Source: Podarcis liolepis
Lineage: Eukaryota
Direction: 5' to 3' (one strand)
Assembly (NCBI GenBank): GCA_965112155.1
Contig: OZ218100.1
Length of the DNA: 64,000 nt
Positions 58,242 to 64,000 of the stretch are shown piece by piece. The position numbers were made by a program, and so were the translations under genes. The notes under the pieces are model-generated. The model made no database searches. It saw only the letters and a program-made list of their open reading frames with translations, and was not told the DNA's origin. Numbering within the stretch: the stretch's first letter is position 1; every line of letters begins with the position of its first letter.

Positions 58242-61200
58242 ATAAATATCTATCACACACACCACTTTGGAAAAATAGCTTGTGGTTCACAGGACTAATC
58301 TCTAGGGGGCACAATCTTACTATTCCATGAAGTCTACAGCACTCTTTAAAAACAAGGCAAGTGAAGTAGTGTAGTTGGAAAGACCCTTGAATTTAAACTA
58401 AGATCATTTTTGAAGGCTGCTGCAAAAGGCTGAAAACTCATACACTACATTGTTGCAGACATCTGGTCTGACGGGCTTGTTGACCCTCAGCAATGCAAAA
58501 AAGCGACATGAACACTACAATTGATGATCACAGCAATCTGGCGCATTAAACACTTTATCTGGCCAGCTGATCCCGACCCATTGTTTCAATAAACCTGAAA
58601 AGGGCTGACCATGTACCCAGCACAATATGTCATTCAGTGTTTACTGCAATCAACCTGACTAAGACAAATATTTCTTCCTGTGCACAGGCGGGCAAGTCAG
58701 ACAAATGCATTCAGCAAGTGATGACGTGATAGTAAGTGGAGATTAACTAGGCAATGAAAACACTATCTGTTTACAAGTACGCATCAGCCCCCTGGCCACA
58801 GAACACTTGTTTGTTCAAAGGAGAGAGATTAAAATCATGAAGTCTGGGGAGGGAAGGGATTACATACACCAATACAGAACTGCCAGCCTGAAAAAAAGAA
58901 GTGAAATTATTGAGCCGGAGTTCCAGTTACACGTATCTTTTGGTTGTCCATTCATGATAACAGTGACCTGTGAAGTATTCTCCCATGTACTAACAGTGCA
59001 CTCGATCTGCAGAGTGTGAATCTTTATACAGCTAACATGGTACCATTCGTGCACAAGAGAGAGGGAAATGGCAGGCTTTGCAGGACCCCAAAGCTTTGCA
59101 GAAGGCCAAAAGACAAATCTGAATACAAAACATGAGGGGAAGAGGTGTGGGTAGGAAAGAAATCCAAACAAGAAATCCAAATAGTGAGGACTGTCCATAC
59201 TCGGTGGGCATGGAATGGTGACTGGTTGTTGGAGAGGGGAAATGGATTGGAGTCTCCTCAGAAGGGGCATAGCTGGCTGGCCAGCTCCCTGAAATTTAAC
59301 TCAACTAGCTAGGACTACAACACTACCAAGGGAAAGAGCCAAAGGAGTCATTCCATTAGCAGAAGATGGCTTGGATCCAATGGAGGATTCAGAAAACGGA
59401 AGTGGGGAAAGGCAGTTCTCAAGTCTTGGAAATAACCCCACAAAAGAAACTAAGCTGCAAGCAAAACTAAACCAAGAGCTAGCTAGGATGTTTCTGCAGA
59501 GGAAGAGGCTTCCCTCTTCAATACCTATGTTGGGTAAAGATCAGTGAGAGAGCCCACTTCCCCTTCTTTGCCAGAAAAGTGTTGCAGTTTCATAGATTTG
59601 CAACGTAAATCAGAAACCGAATAAGGCCCTTAATCCAAACCAGTGGGGCTAAGGGGTGCATGTAGGGTTATAGAGAGCGCTTGTCTATGGCCACCTACTG
59701 AGTTCATGCCTGAGGGTATAGTTCAACCACAGACTTTGCAGGTGATACCCCTAGCTATTCAGTAAGGTAAGCTGCAGTAGAGATCTACCCCCAGATTTCA
59801 CACGATGACAAGAGGCATAAAAGCAAGATGACTCACAGTTGGCAACGTGAAGGCCCAAGTGTCCTCAGAACAGAACAAGGCTACATATTCATTGATTTTA
59901 TTATTATTATTATTAGCATGGGAGCCTGCCCAGACTACTGACTTTAAATTAACGCTTGTCAAAGGAGGCAACCCCATCCAAGTGTGGTAGGAAAGGGGGC
60001 AGAAATGCACCAAGGCTCTACAGCAAGCAAGGTGGGCGTTTTCAAAGCTCTCTTGTGCTTGCGAAGGCAGGCCCCGAGGCCTGCTGAAAGAAAGATGTAG
60101 CTCAACATTGGCAAGTATGCTGTGAGAAGCTGGCAGGAGCTGCAACTCAATAACGCAATGGATCAGATGACACAAGCATGGCCCAGAAAATCTTTATGAG
60201 GTTGGATACAAGCAGTGGCATTCAATGCTAGTCTTACTCAGAAGAAGATAATGGCCAGAACTAACATAGGTTCATTAATTACAAGGCAACTGCTCCAAGC
60301 AGGACTTAGTTAAATGCAACTCAGTGGCATCTATTTTATCCTGGTGTTTAAAAAATACGCCTATATTCCTACCCATCCAGGCAAATACCTCATTCACAGG
60401 TTAAATCACTACTTTCTGAAGTCAATGAGCAACCCAAGAAGCAGAAGTCTATTCTTTCTAATACACCACCACTCCCAGTATTTTTTCCATGGCATGGAAA
60501 GGCATTCAGACTGGCATCTTGCCCCTCCCAATGGGAAAGGCCTACTTTCCAGGGAAGCAGGAAGGCAGTGGAGATATTTTCCAGGCTCTTCACCATTTGC
60601 TTCATTAGCTGTATTTGACCAGATTTAGATCAATGGTGAGCCACATGCAGTCCTCAGCCTAATTTTATGTGAGTAACAAGAAGGGAGAAAGGGGCTGGCA
60701 GAGGGAGAGATAAAAGGGGGTGCTCCAGCCCCACCCACTGCCAGTGTGCAAAAGGATACCGTTATAAAAGGACTCCCCACTTTTGCCTTAGAGATGAACG
60801 AAATGTGAGAGCAGACCTCTCAGATGTATCTCATTTTTCTGCCTTCACTACTCCAGAAGAATCTTGCTTTTTATGCAGGACATCCCTTCCTGCCTCACTT
60901 TATCTACTTCATAATTATTACTCCTCTGGGATGCAAAATGCAATGTCTGCCCCTTTCCCAGATCCCTAAAGTCAGCACCAAATTCTCACTGAGCTGTTGT
61001 TGGGACAAGCTGACTATGGCAGAAAACATACTAAGCGTACATCTGTTTCCACCACTAAATAAAACCACAGCTTATGAAAGTGTGCATTCATAAGAATGCA
61101 CAACAAGAGATGCCCCAATTCCAGAAAGAAATCATTATTCACAATGCAACATTTGGAAACGTTCTCTGAACTTTTGTGAGAAGGTAACAGACAGAACCCC

Positions 61201-62084
61201 AGTTTTAATCAGTCTTGTTCTAGATGCCTTACATGCTTTAATAATCTGCCAATTTACCTCCACTGACTCCACTGGGCAGGTTTTTAAACAGAATGTGAAA
61301 CCCAGAAGTAATGCTTACCACAAGCTTTTGCAAGCAATTGCCAGTAAGCTTGTAAGTTAGAATTTGGAGAATGCTTTGCTTATCTCATTCTTCGCCCTGC
61401 CCTATTAAGTTCACAGATTCCTGTAAGTACAGCTTTACCGATGTATACAGACAAAACCAAAACAAATGGAATAAATGTATGTACATCAAAAATATCGGCT
61501 CAGCATTGTTTACAGGGATCTACAGGAAGCTAAAGCAAATGAGGAAAGCATAAAAGCCCTGAGAAGGAAAACTATGGCATTAAGGATTTCTCTCTGAACA
61601 GAGAGAATGAGAGGGTAAGCAAACATTTCTCCTTCTTTGTAAACCTTATGACAAAAGAAGCTCCAAGCCATCCACAAACACACAATGGGCATTTTCAATA
61701 GCATTAGCCTTCACCTGCTCAGAGACTTATGCAGACAACTTAGTGCTACGCCCTTCCTCTCCTCCATACGCAGAGTTCTTCCCAAGCATGAAGCAAGGGG
61801 TGACCCAGGAGGAATGGGGCATCCCCAATACATCATGTGGCTACGTAGCAGTGCTTGTCGGTTATGTCTAGGCCAAAGACGTCTTTGCTATCGCCACCTG
61901 AAAGAGGCCACTGAATCTTGCTATTATGAGAAGTATCCCTGTGCCAGCTTTTTTCTATTTGCTGCAGTAGAGAAGGCTGGAATGTGAAAGAGCAAGTGAT
62001 ATGAACAGAGCAAAAAGGTCACATTTACTCCATGTATGCAGCAAACAAAACTGAGTCAATATGCATAATGCTGTAAGCTGGGGT

Positions 62085-62690
62085 AGCCCAGTAGCTAAGA
62101 AACTGAGCTTAAGAAGTCCCTGGTTCAAATTTTGTCTCTGCCATGTACTCACTAGGAACAATTAGGCCAGCCACTATCTCTCAGCCTCCCTTCCATAATA
62201 CAAGGGATAATGATGCCAGATTACCTTACAGCAGCCTTCCCCAACCTGCGGTCGCTAATGGTATCTGCAATCAAACAACACTGGAGGCCCCAAGCTGAAG
62301 AAGGATGCCTACAGGGGGGGGTGGTTCTTACAAATTAGTCTCATCTTTTTTTTCAGAAAAGAGAACTCAAAGCAGCTTTCTAATAAAAGCATGCGTAAAA
62401 ACAATAGAACAACCTAAGACATGGCAGTAATATATATGTAAAATCAGATCCACACCCTACTAAAAGAAAACTAAGATCCAAAAGCCTAGGAGAGCAGGGG
62501 TGTTTCTGCCTGGTGCCTAAAGATAGTGATGGCGCCAGGCATGCCTCCCTGGAGAGAGCGTTCCATCGATGGGGAGCCACCACTGAGAAGGCTCCTTCTT
62601 GTGTTGCCCCCCCCACACCTCCCTTAGAGGGTTGTTGCATATAATGCATGTGAAGTGCTTGGAACATTTGAACACCTATACAAATTTCAA
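62085..62690. mobile_element. Nested old repeats: MIR/CORE-like SINE interrupted by a small hAT MITE (about 62232-62307) and an L2 fragment on the - strand (about 62420-62625)
   Basis: cctggttcaaat, ctctcagcctc, taccttacag| and atgtgaagtgctt SINE pieces; the L2 piece is the reverse complement of the 52820 type. Confidence 0.5.
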
Positions 62691-63313
62691 GCATAATTAT
62701 CACCATTAAGCAGCGCTGACTCAAAAAGCTCGAACAATGGAAGATAACGTGATAGTTAAAAGACTAGGATATTCACCTGGTCCACAGGTGAGGAAGGCCA
62801 ACAGGACTGCCAAACCATCAATCATCTGAGGTCATAATGATGTAGATGATTGACAAGTGTGTTGCCCTGCTCAAAGGGGACGGAGGAGATGCTGCCCAAG
62901 GAGGATTGAACTTTCAGGTCATAAGCTGATGGGGGGCGGGGAGAGAGTTCAATCTTTTTTGCAATGTCCAGGTGCACCAGCCAGTTGCCTAGACAGTTAA
63001 GGCTACAGCATGTTATGTGCTGCATGTATTGTAAGCATCTATCTTCACATATTTAAATGATTATGCTCCAGCAGATTGGAAGGCAGTCCTAACCTCCAGG
63101 CACACTTTTTTTGTGTAAGCTGATACGCTATATAGATAATTAAACAACAACAGAGAAGCCCCTATTAGGACTCTCAACATGGCAGCACCACAGCCAAGTA
63201 AGTCCTTGAAGTTGCTAAATTTTTCTTCCTTAGTTACAAACGAAGCATTTGAACCCAAACGGCGCATGGTTTATAGCAGATAATGGGAAGTAAAACTAGC
63301 AATTCAGACATAC

Positions 63314-63406
63314 CTTTCCTGCATCAACGAGATCAGCTATTTCGTCCAGATAAGGGCCGCTTGGTGCAAAAAATGCCCACCGGTAATGAACCCCTTTACA
63401 AAGATG
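63314..63406 (-). CDS. RTN4IP1: RTN4IP1 penultimate exon ([31 protein letters not shown])
   Basis: ttacag|CAT ... AAG|gtatgt; 93 nt, phase 0-0. Confidence 0.95.
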
Positions 63407-63541
63407 CTGTAACAGACAGCAAGCACAAGTTTAGAGCATGACTGACATTAAAGAGCAGGTGAAAAAACAGCACACTGGAAAGCAATTGCTCACATACAGC
63501 AAATGGGTAGGAAGCTAAAGCATTTGATTTAGTTAACAGAC

Positions 63542-63725
63542 CTTGAAAGTTTTTGAACCGAACGTCATTCCAGTCCGTAACATGCCATCCGCTACACCAA
63601 GCCTGTCCATGTTGACCAAGAAGGGGGTTATCAAGGAGACATAGGTGGCTCCTGACCATTTTTTGAGGAAATCAGGAGCCCATTTTTCAGTGGATCCACC
63701 AACATTATCTAAGATAAAATCAAAC
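63542..63725 (-). CDS. RTN4IP1: RTN4IP1 exon ([35 protein letters not shown]...SKTFK)
   Basis: ccctag|G TTT ... AAG|gtctgt; 184 nt; within ORF 63533..63814. Confidence 0.95.
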
Positions 63726-64000
63726 CTAGGGAGATAAAACAGGAAGAAAATGAATTGGAACCATTTCCTTTCTCTCCCAAAGAACACACCATGTCCCGGC
63801 CATGATGGTATCAATCAATTACATAACAACTTGAGGAAAGCTATCTAAGCATGCTTACTCAGAAAGAAGTTCAAAAGCTTTCATGTGCAAATGCTTTACA
63901 TTACATACACATGTCTTTATATGTAAGTCATTAATAGTCTGGGCAGGGCAATTCGAGCCCCCAGTGTTAGGATGTGGTGGGGTCCCTGTATGTCTCCTCC

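Overview
Vertebrate genomic DNA, almost certainly a squamate and probably a lacertid lizard (Sauria SINE, a (CTT)n-tailed tRNA/CORE SINE and a tRNA-Lys/CR1 SINE are present). The window holds most of CRYBG1/AIM1 on the + strand: 21 coding exons from 14414 to the stop at 53984, whose splice phases I checked and which join into one 1740-aa frame. That frame encodes a long disordered N-terminal region, six beta/gamma-crystallin domains and a ricin-type beta-trefoil. The last three coding exons of RTN4IP1 lie tail-to-tail on the - strand, and a CpG island sits about 0.7 kb upstream of the first CRYBG1 exon seen. The introns carry many non-autonomous hAT and Tc1/mariner MITEs with intact TSDs, SINEs, CR1/L2 fragments and Penelope-like remnants. 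The main points of interest are a minimal hammerhead-ribozyme motif in a Penelope-like insertion on the sense strand of a CRYBG1 intron, masked by its own inverted arm, and a GC-AG intron. Also notable are a possibly lineage-specific 105-nt intron, candidate alternative first exons, and inverted MITE pairs around a frame-preserving exon block that is a circRNA candidate. Gene and repeat-family names come from remembered sequences, not database searches. I found no convincing wholly new protein-coding system.
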